Positions 19,121 to 29,210 of a stretch of 64,000 nucleotides of DNA are shown here, in pieces. The notes under the pieces are model-generated. The model was given only the letters and a program-made list of their open reading frames with translations. It was not told the DNA's origin and searched no databases. Numbering within the stretch: position 1 is the first letter of the stretch; every line of letters starts with the position of its first letter. Position numbers and translations under genes: made by a program. The stretch is from an uncultured Pelagibacteraceae bacterium (GTDB lineage Bacteria; Pseudomonadota; Alphaproteobacteria; Pelagibacterales; Pelagibacteraceae), in NCBI GenBank assembly GCA_902517175.1, contig CABYBM010000001.1:10536-74535 (forward strand). Reading direction: 5' to 3'.

Positions 19121-20359
19121 TTATCTTTGAGACCACGAAGGAATTGGGTGAATCAATTTAGCTGAAGCCCATTTAGTTGGAGCAACAACTTTGTTTTCAC
19201 ATTTTCCACCATCGTCACACATAACTTGGAAAAGTACCATTGGCTTATCAACATTCTGACCACCTGATGCAAATTTTATGTTTCCATAAAAAGTTTGCAT
19301 ATTAGTAGCTGCAAGAGCATCCCTTACTTTCTTTTGATCAAAAGAATTTGCTCTTTCAAATGCATCTTTAAATACCAATAGAGCAGCTGATGATTCTGCT
19401 GCTTGATATGGAGGCGCATAACCAAACTCTTTGGTAAAGTCTGCGTCATAAGTCATACCATCTTTAAAGAAGTCATCTTTATAAGTTAGTGTTTTGTGCC
19501 ACTGAGAAGCACATAAAGCATATTGTGAGTTCTTACCATGTTGCTTTGATAATTTCGCTGCATCACAGTGTGTCATAGCTAACATTGGAACATCTACTTT
19601 CATCTCAGATATTTGTCTAATAGCAGTTAAAGCACCTTTTGTATGACCTGAAACAACTAAAACATCTGGTTTCATTTGCTTCACTTTTACTAAAGTTGCA
19701 GCCATGTCATTTAGCTCTTTTGGTAATTTATCATCAATTACTTGTTTAGAGCCTGTTCTTTTAATTGCTTCTAAAACTCCCAGTCTTACGTCTTGAGAAA
19801 ATGCATCTTGTTCAAATGCCATTGCAACAGTTACTGGTTTTCCATTATTCTTTTCAACTGCTAAATCAATAGCAACATCAAGATATAAATTAGCAGGAGC
19901 TAAAACAGCAAATAGATATTTGTAACCTTTTGTAAACAAAGATCTAGATGCACCATTTGCTTCCACCATTGGAACACCATACTTTTCTGTAACTGGAGCT
20001 ATCGCTTTAGTTAATCCTGAACTGTATGGACCAAGCATAAATTCAACACCATCTTGTGAAATTAATCTTTCAGCAAGTTGAGCTGCTCTTTTTGGGTTTG
20101 ATTCATCATCATAATAAATAATGTCAAACTTATAAGTTTTACCACCAACTTTAACACCACCCATGCTGTTAATTCTATCTACGGCCATATTGTAACCGTT
20201 TTGAGTATGAACACCATTAGAAGAGTATTTGCCAGTTAATGAAATTGCTGCACCTAAAACAATTTTATCTCCAACAACTTTCGCAAAAGATGCGACTGAT
20301 GTTGATAATAAAATTACAGCTGCAGAAATAAAACTTATGATTATTTTATTTATTTTCAT
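19121..20359 (-). CDS. livK: Liv-type ABC substrate-binding protein
   Basis: Signal peptide; ISLTG, YDDESNP, LGPYSS, TFYGNIKF. Confidence 0.85.
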   Translation of the reverse strand: MKINKIIISFISAAVILLSTSVASFAKVVGDKIVLGAAISLTGKYSSNGVHTQNGYNMAVDRINSMGGVKVGGKTYKFDIIYYDDESNPKRAAQLAERLISQDGVEFMLGPYSSGLTKAIAPVTEKYGVPMVEANGASRSLFTKGYKYLFAVLAPANLYLDVAIDLAVEKNNGKPVTVAMAFEQDAFSQDVRLGVLEAIKRTGSKQVIDDKLPKELNDMAATLVKVKQMKPDVLVVSGHTKGALTAIRQISEMKVDVPMLAMTHCDAAKLSKQHGKNSQYALCASQWHKTLTYKDDFFKDGMTYDADFTKEFGYAPPYQAAESSAALLVFKDAFERANSFDQKKVRDALAATNMQTFYGNIKFASGGQNVDKPMVLFQVMCDDGGKCENKVVAPTKWASAKLIHPIPSWSQR

Positions 20360-20448
20360 TTTATTTCCTCTAGTTATTAATTAATTAATAATTAATTTAA
20401 TAAACAAATCTCCCTAATTGCAAGTGGCAATAAAGACCAAACAAACTG

Positions 20449-21063
20449 TTAGTATTGTTGTGTTGCAACGATAATTAATGCAATAATTACCAATACACTC
20501 GCCGAAATTGTATTAATTGTTCTTGGTTTGGTATTAATCCAAGTAATTAACTTTTGTGCAAGTAAAGCATATCCAATCAGTGATAAAAAATCTAAAACAA
20601 CATAAGTTGTAATTAAAATTAAAAACTGGATTAAATAATTTTCATTAAAGTCAATAAACTGTGGAAAAATTAACGGGAAGAACATCCAGGCTTTTGGACT
20701 AGTACCAGCAACGAGAAATCCATCTTTAAAAAAAGAAAAGAAACTTTTTGAAAAATCTTTAGTTGAATTAACTTCTTTTGGTCTAGAATTAAAAATATCA
20801 AATGCTAAATAAAGAATATATGCAACACCCACCCATTTAAATATATTTAAAAAAGTTGGGTTTTCAGAAAAAAAAGATCCAATTACAAAAATTACTAAAG
20901 TAGCTTGAATAATATTTGCTGTAATATCTCCAAGTGCCATCCAAATACATTTTCGAACTCCATAATTCATAGAATATGAAACTATGACAATTCTTGGTGG
21001 TCCAGGGGTAATGAATAAAAAAAGAATTATTTGAAGAAATAAAAAATAATTTAGGGGGAACAT
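20449..21063 (-). CDS. rhtB: LysE/RhtB family amino-acid efflux translocator
   Basis: FITPGP motif, KWVGVAYILYL, SPKAW; about 6 TM. Confidence 0.85.
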   Translation of the reverse strand: MFPLNYFLFLQIILFLFITPGPPRIVIVSYSMNYGVRKCIWMALGDITANIIQATLVIFVIGSFFSENPTFLNIFKWVGVAYILYLAFDIFNSRPKEVNSTKDFSKSFFSFFKDGFLVAGTSPKAWMFFPLIFPQFIDFNENYLIQFLILITTYVVLDFLSLIGYALLAQKLITWINTKPRTINTISASVLVIIALIIVATQQY

Positions 21064-21120
21064 TTTAAGATAGTCCTTAAAAACCGGGAGCTAAAGATGG
21101 CTAAGAAGGACTATCTGTAT
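21064..21120 (-). promoter_or_regulatory. Structured 5' leader of rhtB sequestering the SD (probably the SAR11 'rhtB' candidate RNA motif)
   Basis: mRNA AGAUAGUCCUU-27 nt-AAGGACUAUCU-UAAA-AUG; perfect 11-bp stem (21068-21078 / 21106-21116) includes AAGGA. Confidence 0.7.
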
Positions 21121-21178
21121 CATATTATCAGAGGCTAAAAAAAATGCATTAAATTTTTATTTCAATTATAAAGGATTT

Positions 21179-21475
21179 ATGAAAAAAAAAGGTCGCATTC
21201 CTGTCACTCGAGTCAAAAACCCTGAACCAGACGTAACTGACCCAGATTGGGTTATTTGGGCAGCATGGGCAGACAGGATTACCTTTGAAGAAATAGAGAA
21301 AAAAACTGGAAAAACAGAATCTGAAGTAATCAAGATTATGAGAAGATCTATTAAACCAACTTCTTTTAGATTATGGAGAAAAAGAGTTAACCAGAAAAGT
21401 ATTAAACACAGAAAAAAGTTTGAATACTCTAGAAAAGAAATTACTAGTAAAATTAAAAAAGGTGACTACTTTTAA
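21179..21475 (+). CDS. TIGR03643 / DUF2805 family protein
   Basis: AWADRITFEEI, ESEVIKIMR, SFRLWRKRV. Confidence 0.8.
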   Translation: MKKKGRIPVTRVKNPEPDVTDPDWVIWAAWADRITFEEIEKKTGKTESEVIKIMRRSIKPTSFRLWRKRVNQKSIKHRKKFEYSRKEITSKIKKGDYF

Positions 21476-21478
21476 CCT

Positions 21479-21733
21479 ATGAAAAAAATTACAATTTATA
21501 CTGGTCCATTCTGTAATTATTGTGATGCAGCAAAAAGATTACTTGCAAGAAATAATGCACCTTTTCATGAAATAGATATTTCAAAAGTTGACGGTGCTAT
21601 GGATGAGATGATTAAAAAAGCTAACGGTAAAAGAACTATACCTCAAATTTTTTTCGATGAGCAGCACATTGGTGGTTATGATGAAACTAGAGCTTTAGAA
21701 AAAGAAAATAAACTTCAAGATCTTTTAAAATAA
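21479..21733 (+). CDS. grxC: Glutaredoxin 3
   Basis: CNYC active site, RTIPQIF, HIGG. Confidence 0.9.
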   Translation: MKKITIYTGPFCNYCDAAKRLLARNNAPFHEIDISKVDGAMDEMIKKANGKRTIPQIFFDEQHIGGYDETRALEKENKLQDLLK

Positions 21734-21754
21734 AAAAATTAATTTTTAAATTAC

Positions 21755-22129
21755 CTAAATTTTTGCTTTAAATATTAAACAAACCCCATTGTTGCAGTAT
21801 CTTTTTCCTGTTGGTTGAGGTCCATCTTCAAAAATATGACCATGATGTCCTCCACAATTTTTACAGTGATACTCCGTTCTTGCATAACCTATGTGATGAT
21901 CTGTTTTTGTTTCAAATACATCTGGTAAAGACTCATAAAACGAAGGCCAACCTGATCCACTTTCATATTTTGTTTTAGAGTCAAAAAGTTTAATGCCACA
22001 ATTTGCACAATGAAAACTTCCCTCTCTTTTTTCATGGTTTAGATCACTGGTTCCAGCTAGTTCTGTTCCTTCTTCAAATAAAATTAATTTTTGTTCTGCA
22101 GTTAAGTTTTGATTAATTTTTTTAACCAT
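21755..22129 (-). CDS. msrB: Methionine-R-sulfoxide reductase
   Basis: SGSGWPSF, RTEYHC, GHHGHIFEDGP, RYCNNG. Confidence 0.93.
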   Translation of the reverse strand: MVKKINQNLTAEQKLILFEEGTELAGTSDLNHEKREGSFHCANCGIKLFDSKTKYESGSGWPSFYESLPDVFETKTDHHIGYARTEYHCKNCGGHHGHIFEDGPQPTGKRYCNNGVCLIFKAKI

Positions 22130-22131
22130 AA

Positions 22132-23025
22132 TTAAATATATTTAGCACATGATTGATGTAACATTGAATGTAATTCGACTAATTTATTGAAATCTTTATT
22201 GTATCCACCACCTAAAACACCACAAAAAGGTATTCTTTTTGAAAAAAAATTCTCTACAACTAATTCATCTCTTAATCTTACTCCTTCATCTGAGATTTTT
22301 AATTTTCCTAATCTGTCATTAAAATGAATATCTACACCTGCAATATAAAAAACATAATCAAAATTCTCTTCATTTAACTCTAATAAGTAGTGTTTTAATG
22401 TTTTTATATAATTTTGATCTTCCAAATTATCTTCTAGTTCAACATCTAAATCACTAGTGGATTTTTTAGCTGGGTAATTTGTCTTTGAATGCATACTAAA
22501 TGTAAAGACATTCCTATTTTCTTTAAATATATCCGAATTACCATTTCCTTGGTGTACATCCAAGTCAACTATAAGAATTTTATTGGCAAGACCTCTATTA
22601 ATTAAAAAATGTGCTGCAACGGCGACGTCATTAAACACACAATAACCAGCTCCACCATTATAATTTGCATGATGACTACCCCCAGCAGTATTGCATGCTA
22701 TTCCATAATTAATAGCAAGTTTTGAAGCCAGAACTGTTCCACCTGTTGCAATAAGCGATCTTTGCACAACGCTGTCCACTAAAGGAAATCCTATTTTCTT
22801 TACTCCATCTTTGCTTAATGTTTTATTTTTAATATTTAAAATATATTCTTTAGAGTGTGCATAATTCAAAGTCTCAACTGAACAAGGATAAGGCTTGTGA
22901 AACTTTTCTACTATTTTATTTTTAATTAAATAATTGGCTAATTCACCAAACTTATTAATTGGAAATTTATGATCATCACCAATTTTTGCAAAATAGTCCT
23001 CATGATTAACAACCGGTAATTCCAT
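22132..23025 (-). CDS. Histone deacetylase family amidohydrolase (class IV-like)
   Basis: HKFP, GGSHHA, GYCVFNDVA, DLDVHQGNG, DRLG, GGGY. Confidence 0.9.
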   Translation of the reverse strand: MELPVVNHEDYFAKIGDDHKFPINKFGELANYLIKNKIVEKFHKPYPCSVETLNYAHSKEYILNIKNKTLSKDGVKKIGFPLVDSVVQRSLIATGGTVLASKLAINYGIACNTAGGSHHANYNGGAGYCVFNDVAVAAHFLINRGLANKILIVDLDVHQGNGNSDIFKENRNVFTFSMHSKTNYPAKKSTSDLDVELEDNLEDQNYIKTLKHYLLELNEENFDYVFYIAGVDIHFNDRLGKLKISDEGVRLRDELVVENFFSKRIPFCGVLGGGYNKDFNKLVELHSMLHQSCAKYI

Positions 23026-23978
23026 TATGACTCTAATACTCGAACAGGTTTCCCATTAACACAGGCCTCTAAACCTTCAATCATTTGATTATAAAATGTG
23101 CTATAATTTTCTGCAGTAACATAACCTATATGAGGGGTTAATAATGCATTTGGTAGAAATCTTAATTTATTATTTTCTGGTAATGGCTCTTTTTCGTAAA
23201 CATCAATTCCAGCACCAGCAATTACATTTGTCGATAACGCAATAATTAAATCATCTTCATTAATAATTTCCCCTCTGGAGGTATTAATAATAAATGATGT
23301 TTTTTTCATATTATCAAATTCTTTAATTGTAATACAATCTTTATATCTCTCACCACCTTGAACATGAATAGATAAAAAATCAGAATTTTTAATTAAGTCT
23401 TCTTTAGTACATGGAAGCACATCTAATTCCTTACATGTGTCTAGGTTTAAATTTTCACTCCAGGCCATAACTTGCATACCAAAAGCTTTTCCAATTTTTG
23501 CAACTTGTGATCCAACCCTACCTAAGCCAAGTAAACCTAAGATTTTTCCTTTTAACTCAACTCCAATTGTTGTTTGCCAATATCCTTGGTACATATTGTC
23601 AAATTCTTCTTTAAAATTTCTTGCTAATCCTAATATTAGTGCCCAGGTTAACTCAGGAGTTGGGTTTTGATTTATTTCTGTTCCACAAACAATTACTTTT
23701 CTTTTCTTTGCGGCTTCTAAATCAATCGATTTATTCCTTAACCCGCTGGTAATAACAAATTTTAAACTGCTTAGATTATCAATCAAATTTTTTGTTATTG
23801 GAGTTCTTTCTCTCATTATCAATAATGCCTCAAAATCTAACAATTGTTCTATGGCATCTGTCTCATCTGTAAAGGGCTCACTAAAAACTTTAAATTCATA
23901 TTTTCCAGATAGTTTTTCTAAATCTACAAACTGTTGGGCAACATTTTGGTAATCATCTAAAATAGCAACTTTAAGCAT
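23025..23978 (-). CDS. D-2-hydroxyacid dehydrogenase family protein
   Basis: AILDDYQ, MRERT, GLGRVG, NTSRG, LTPHIGY. Confidence 0.88.
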   Translation of the reverse strand: MLKVAILDDYQNVAQQFVDLEKLSGKYEFKVFSEPFTDETDAIEQLLDFEALLIMRERTPITKNLIDNLSSLKFVITSGLRNKSIDLEAAKKRKVIVCGTEINQNPTPELTWALILGLARNFKEEFDNMYQGYWQTTIGVELKGKILGLLGLGRVGSQVAKIGKAFGMQVMAWSENLNLDTCKELDVLPCTKEDLIKNSDFLSIHVQGGERYKDCITIKEFDNMKKTSFIINTSRGEIINEDDLIIALSTNVIAGAGIDVYEKEPLPENNKLRFLPNALLTPHIGYVTAENYSTFYNQMIEGLEACVNGKPVRVLES

Positions 23979-24873
23979 TTTTTAATTTTTTATTTGATAA
24001 TGTTATTCCTGCAATAATACAAATTACTCCTAATAAATGATAATACATAAATTTTTCATTAAATATGATAAGTGCCATTATAGCACCAAAAATTGGCATC
24101 AAATGCAAAAATGCCCCCGATCTGTTTGCTCCAATAATTGAAATACCCTTTATGTAAAAAAAATAAGCAAGTAAACTTGGAAAAATAACCACATAAGTCA
24201 AAATCATAAAAAAAGATGTATTGAGTTCTACAATTTTTCCTTGATTTAGTTCGAACAAAAAAACTGGTGTCAAAAAAATTAAACCAATGATTATAATTAT
24301 TTCTAATAATGCAAATTGAGAAATCTTAAATTTTTGTTTTTTTAAAAATGCAGAATATATTGCCCAAGAAAACATAGCAACAACCATTGAAAGATCTCCT
24401 TTATTGAAATCTAAATTTAAAATTAAATTTGAATCTGCTTTAGTAATTATAAAAATTACTCCCAATAAAGATAAACTAACCCCAATTATCTGATAAATAT
24501 TTGATTTCTCTACTTTTAATATTGTAGATACAACTATTATCCAAACTGGAATTGTTGAAATTAATAATACTCCATTTATTACTTGAGTGTAATTTAATGA
24601 GTAATAAACAATAGAATTAAAAATTGTTATACTGCTTATTCCCAAAATTAAAAAAGAACCAATATTTTTAAAAATTTCTGATCTAAAATTAAATATTTCT
24701 TTATAAGTTAAAGGTAAAAGAATCAGACCTGCAAGAAGCCATCGATAAAAATTTAGAGAAAATGGTGGAATACCAAATGTACTTGCAAATTTTCCGGCAA
24801 TAAAATTACCAGACCAAAATAAAGTAGTTAACACTAAAACCAAATATGCAATTGGGTTAGAGTTTTCTCTCAC
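23971..24873 (-). CDS. DMT/EamA family transporter (GTG start)
   Basis: FWSGNF, PPFSLNFYRW, NKGDL; hydrophobic. Confidence 0.85.
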   Translation of the reverse strand: MRENSNPIAYLVLVLTTLFWSGNFIAGKFASTFGIPPFSLNFYRWLLAGLILLPLTYKEIFNFRSEIFKNIGSFLILGISSITIFNSIVYYSLNYTQVINGVLLISTIPVWIIVVSTILKVEKSNIYQIIGVSLSLLGVIFIITKADSNLILNLDFNKGDLSMVVAMFSWAIYSAFLKKQKFKISQFALLEIIIIIGLIFLTPVFLFELNQGKIVELNTSFFMILTYVVIFPSLLAYFFYIKGISIIGANRSGAFLHLMPIFGAIMALIIFNEKFMYYHLLGVICIIAGITLSNKKLKNA

Positions 24874-26115
24874 TTAACTAAATCTAAGTGAACTATATGG
24901 TTTTAAATCAAGATTAGTATTTTCATTAGCAATCATACCTGAAACAATCTTCCCAGATATCGGCCCTAAAGTCCATCCCAAATGATGGTGTCCAAAGCAA
25001 TAATATATATTTTTATAATTTTTTGATGGACCCATTACTGGTAAAAAATCAGGAAGTGTTGGTCTAAAACCTAACCACTCATCCTCGTGTTCAGGTAGGT
25101 CTCCAAGCATATATTTTGCATTATTAATTAAATTTTTTATTCTTGATTTTGACAAAGGATTATCCAAACCACCAAACTCTACAGTTCCTACTACTCTTAA
25201 ACCCTGTTCCATTGGTGTTATTCCAAAACCTCGATTTGAAAATATTACTGGTCTGCTCAGTAAATGATCGCAATTTTTAAAATGAATATGATATCCTCTT
25301 TCGGTATCCAGCGGTATTTTTTCACCAAAATTATCAGTAAGTTTTTTTGAAAATGCACCACATGCAATTACTGCCTTGTCAAAAATATAATTTTGGGTTT
25401 CAGTTTTAAATACAGGTTTTTCTTCATCAAAATTAATGTCTTTAATATTAACTTTGTGAAAGTTACCCCCTTTTTTTAAAAATAAATCAAATAATTTAAG
25501 AAGTATTTTTTTTGGATTACGAGCATGTCTTGCGTAAGGGTAATAAACTCCTGCATGATAAATTGGTTTTATGTGTGGTTCTAGGTCATGAATTTCAGCT
25601 TTATTAACTAATTGCTGCTTAACACCCAATTCCTCTCTTACATTAATTTCAAGTTCTCTGCTTTTTAAATTTTGATTATTCCAAATATATAGAATTCCTT
25701 TGTTCTCAACTAAACCTTCTAAATCTATTTCATCAAATAATTCATCATATGCTGGTAAGGCTAGATCTAAAATTTGATGCATATTTTTAGCTGTATGCAT
25801 CATTTTATCAGTTGTTGAGTTCATAATAAATTTTAAAAACCATGGAATCATTTTTGGAACATAGTTCCATTTCAATGCTAATGGACCAGAGGAACTCATA
25901 AGCATCGCAGGTATATCAGTTAATACATCAGGTCTATTAATTGGAACTGAAGCATATGGAGAAAAATGTCCTGCATTTCCATAGGAGGCAGCTTGAGCAC
26001 CTGGGTTATCTCTATCAAAAATAGTTACGTGAAAACCTTTTCTTTGTAAAAATAAAGCATTGGAAACGCCTTGTATACCAGCACCGACTATTCCTATTTT
26101 AATATTTTTACTCAT
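24874..26115 (-). CDS. dadA: FAD-dependent D-amino acid dehydrogenase (DadA-like)
   Basis: GAGIQG, ASYGNAG, ERGYH, WLGFRPTLPD, FGHHHLGWT. Confidence 0.8.
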   Translation of the reverse strand: MSKNIKIGIVGAGIQGVSNALFLQRKGFHVTIFDRDNPGAQAASYGNAGHFSPYASVPINRPDVLTDIPAMLMSSSGPLALKWNYVPKMIPWFLKFIMNSTTDKMMHTAKNMHQILDLALPAYDELFDEIDLEGLVENKGILYIWNNQNLKSRELEINVREELGVKQQLVNKAEIHDLEPHIKPIYHAGVYYPYARHARNPKKILLKLFDLFLKKGGNFHKVNIKDINFDEEKPVFKTETQNYIFDKAVIACGAFSKKLTDNFGEKIPLDTERGYHIHFKNCDHLLSRPVIFSNRGFGITPMEQGLRVVGTVEFGGLDNPLSKSRIKNLINNAKYMLGDLPEHEDEWLGFRPTLPDFLPVMGPSKNYKNIYYCFGHHHLGWTLGPISGKIVSGMIANENTNLDLKPYSSLRFS

Positions 26116-26181
26116 TCTTCCTTATACAATTAATCATTAAAAATTTAAGAGTGACAAATTATGCAAGTTAGGAATGTAATA

Positions 26182-27306
26182 TTAAGCAATTGTTTGTTTA
26201 TGATTAATTTTAGCACTCAAAACAATACCAAAACCTATCATGGTAGCCAACATTGAAGAACCTCCATATGACATAATCGGCAAAGGAGAACCAACAATTG
26301 GTAGTAAGCCTAAAACCATTGATAGGTTTACTACGATGTAAATAAAAATTGAAAAGGCAAAACCAAAACAAAATAACTTAGAAAAATTACTTCTTGATAA
26401 TGCTCCAATACGAATAATTCTAAATATTATTATTGTGTAAAGAATTAAAAGACCAACAGAACCTATAAAACCAAATTCCTCAGAAAATAAAGTAAATATA
26501 AAGTCAGTATGCTTTTCTGGTAAAAAATCTAAATAACTTTGTGTTCCTTTTAAAAATCCCTTGCCATCTAAACCTCCTGATCCTATAGCAATTTTGGATT
26601 GTATAATTTGGTAGCCCGCTCCAAGAGGATCTCTATCTGGATCTAAAAATGTTAATATCCTCAATTTTTGATATGGTTTTAAAAAAGAAATAATGAAAGG
26701 TAAAGAGATTAGAAAAGTTATAAATGAATAGACAAAATATTTAACTCTTACTCCCCCTAACCACAAAACAATTAATCCACTCAATGCAATTAATACAGAT
26801 GTTCCAAGATCAGGTTGAGAGATTACAAAAATAATTGGTATTATTATAATTGATAATACAAAAATAATACTTGTCAGAGTATTTACATTTTCAATTTTTA
26901 CTCGATGATAATATTTTGCGAGACATAAAATAATACCAATTTTCATTAATTCAGAAGGCTGGAGAACAAATAAATATAAATCCATCCATCTTTGTGAGCC
27001 TGATGCTTTTAGACCAAAAAATGAAACATAAAATAATAAAAGAATAATTAAGAAGTAAAATACATATGCAAAAGTATGCCAATGTCTAATGTTAAAAAAT
27101 GCAATGAATATCATCATAGGAAAGAAAACTGCTAATTTACTAAAATGACTTTTGGTATGATAAAGTATTTCTCCACCATCTGTTGAATACATAACCAATA
27201 AACTTATTATTGATAAAATAATAATAGAAATCAATAATGTATAATCTATTTCTTTAATTTTTTGAAAAAAAGAAAGTTCAGAATTTAATCTATCACGTTG
27301 AAACAT
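26182..27306 (-). CDS. rodA: Rod shape-determining protein RodA
   Basis: QPSELMK, QPDLGT, AIGSGG, PEKHTDFIF, SYGGSS. Confidence 0.95.
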   Translation of the reverse strand: MFQRDRLNSELSFFQKIKEIDYTLLISIIILSIISLLVMYSTDGGEILYHTKSHFSKLAVFFPMMIFIAFFNIRHWHTFAYVFYFLIILLLFYVSFFGLKASGSQRWMDLYLFVLQPSELMKIGIILCLAKYYHRVKIENVNTLTSIIFVLSIIIIPIIFVISQPDLGTSVLIALSGLIVLWLGGVRVKYFVYSFITFLISLPFIISFLKPYQKLRILTFLDPDRDPLGAGYQIIQSKIAIGSGGLDGKGFLKGTQSYLDFLPEKHTDFIFTLFSEEFGFIGSVGLLILYTIIIFRIIRIGALSRSNFSKLFCFGFAFSIFIYIVVNLSMVLGLLPIVGSPLPIMSYGGSSMLATMIGFGIVLSAKINHKQTIA

Positions 27307-29210
27307 CAGATATTTATATTTTCAAAATTAGATTGTTTATCTCTTAGCTCATCTCTATCAATTATTAATTTAAACAATTCTTTTGCCATTGGGGCTGCAG
27401 CTTTACTACCTGAGCCACCGTGCTCAACAATTATACTTAATGCATATCTTGGATTTTTATATGGACCATAAGCAACATAAAGTGCATGATCTCTATCCTT
27501 GTAAGGTATTTGTTCTAATTTTAGATCAAGTTCCCTCTCTCTTTTGCTAATTCTTTTTACTTGAGCAGTTCCAGTTTTGCCTGCAAATTGATATTTTGGA
27601 TCATCAATTCTTGATCTATAAGAAGTACCAAATTGTTCATTTGTAGAACTAAACATTGCTTCTTGAACTATTTTAATATTTTTTGGATTGTTAAATAATC
27701 TCGTATTGGGTTTTTGCAAAGCCTGGAGTTCCATTGAGTTTTTTGCATCTTCTAGACTTAACGGATCGTCATTTACGATAATTTTTGGTTTAATTTTATA
27801 TCCACCATTTGCAATTTGGGCGGTCATTAAACATAATTGTAAAGGTGTAGTTTGAGTGTATCCTTGTCCAATTCCTGTAATTAATGTCTCTCCTAGTACC
27901 CATCCCCTTCCAAGATTATTTTTTTTCCAATTAGTATTTGGAAATAAACCTCTTTTTTCATTATCAAAATATTCTCCTAATACTTTTTCACCTAACCCAA
28001 ATTTTTTGGCGGTAACATTTAATCGATCAACTCCTAATAATCTGGCAACTTCATAGAAATAAGTATCACAAGATTGTTTCATTGCATTTTTTAAGCTTAC
28101 CCAACCATGTCCTTTTTCTTTCCAACAGTGAAAAGTCTGACCATATAGTTCTGTTTTACCTGTGCATTTAACTTTGAAATTTGTATTGATAATATTATTT
28201 TCCAATGCAGAAAGCGCTACTATAGGCTTAATAGTTGACCCTGGAGAATAAAGTCCTGAAAGAGTTTTATTAATCAAAGGTTTTAAAGGATTATTTCTAA
28301 TTAGTTGCCACTCATCTTGGCTAATACCAAATAAAAATAAATTTGGATCATATGAAGGTGACGAATACATAGCTATAATATCTCCTGTATAAATATCCAT
28401 AACACTTATTGATCCTGCTTTATTCGAGAGCAATTGTGCAGAAAGTTTTTGGACTTCTGTATCCACAGTTAATCTTATTTTGCTACCTTGTAGACCTTTT
28501 TGATATTCGAGTTGATTTATTCTTTTGCCGTAAGCATTAACCTCATATCTTTGAATTGCATTAGTCCCTATTAATTGGTTCTCAAGTGTTTTTTCCAAAC
28601 CAAGCTTTCCAATTTTCATACCTGGAACGAATCTTTCTTTTACTATTTCATTTTCTAATATTTCCTCTTCGTTCGGTTGACTTACATAGCCCAATACATG
28701 AGTATACATTTCACTAAATGGATAATTTCTAGAAATTGTCATTACAGGTTTTACGCCAACTAAATCATATAAATAATTGTTAACCTTTAAGAATTGGCTC
28801 CAACTTAAATTCTCAGATACAATTATACTGTCCCAAGGTTTTAGTTTATTTTTTAAATTTACTATTTTCTGAATTTTTTTCTCACTTAAATTTAAAAGTG
28901 TTTTTAATCTTAATAATAGATAGTTAAAGTTTTCTACCTGCTCAGGTATAATGTGTAATTGATAAACTTTTAAATTACCTGCAATTATATTTCCAAAATA
29001 ATCAACAATGTTGCCTCTTGTAGGTGGGAGTTTCCATTCTCTAATCCTGTTTTTATCTGAAAGTGTAAGATATTTTTTATTTTCATTAATTTGAAGAGAG
29101 AAAAGACGAGCAACAATTCCTGTAAAGATAATTATTTTTGCAGCTCCAATAATAAACATTCTTCTGTTAATTACATCTGATTTTCTAATTCCAAAATTTT
29201 CTTTAATCAT
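27306..29210 (-). CDS. mrdA: Penicillin-binding protein 2
   Basis: PGSTIK (SxxK), SCD, KTGTAQ; mre/rodA context. Confidence 0.95.
   Translation of the reverse strand: MIKENFGIRKSDVINRRMFIIGAAKIIIFTGIVARLFSLQINENKKYLTLSDKNRIREWKLPPTRGNIVDYFGNIIAGNLKVYQLHIIPEQVENFNYLLLRLKTLLNLSEKKIQKIVNLKNKLKPWDSIIVSENLSWSQFLKVNNYLYDLVGVKPVMTISRNYPFSEMYTHVLGYVSQPNEEEILENEIVKERFVPGMKIGKLGLEKTLENQLIGTNAIQRYEVNAYGKRINQLEYQKGLQGSKIRLTVDTEVQKLSAQLLSNKAGSISVMDIYTGDIIAMYSSPSYDPNLFLFGISQDEWQLIRNNPLKPLINKTLSGLYSPGSTIKPIVALSALENNIINTNFKVKCTGKTELYGQTFHCWKEKGHGWVSLKNAMKQSCDTYFYEVARLLGVDRLNVTAKKFGLGEKVLGEYFDNEKRGLFPNTNWKKNNLGRGWVLGETLITGIGQGYTQTTPLQLCLMTAQIANGGYKIKPKIIVNDDPLSLEDAKNSMELQALQKPNTRLFNNPKNIKIVQEAMFSSTNEQFGTSYRSRIDDPKYQFAGKTGTAQVKRISKRERELDLKLEQIPYKDRDHALYVAYGPYKNPRYALSIIVEHGGSGSKAAAPMAKELFKLIIDRDELRDKQSNFENINI

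Noticed and set aside
20374-20391. Perfect 18-bp palindrome TTATTAATTAATTAATAA upstream of the SBP gene
   Set aside because: Pure A/T low-complexity sequence in an AT-rich genome; not distinguishable from chance without conservation data
21079-21090. AAAAACCGGGAG on the plus strand, resembling the 3' end of a guanidine-I (ykkC) riboswitch
   Set aside because: The other conserved ykkC elements are absent, and the SD-sequestering logic fits the minus-strand rhtB gene
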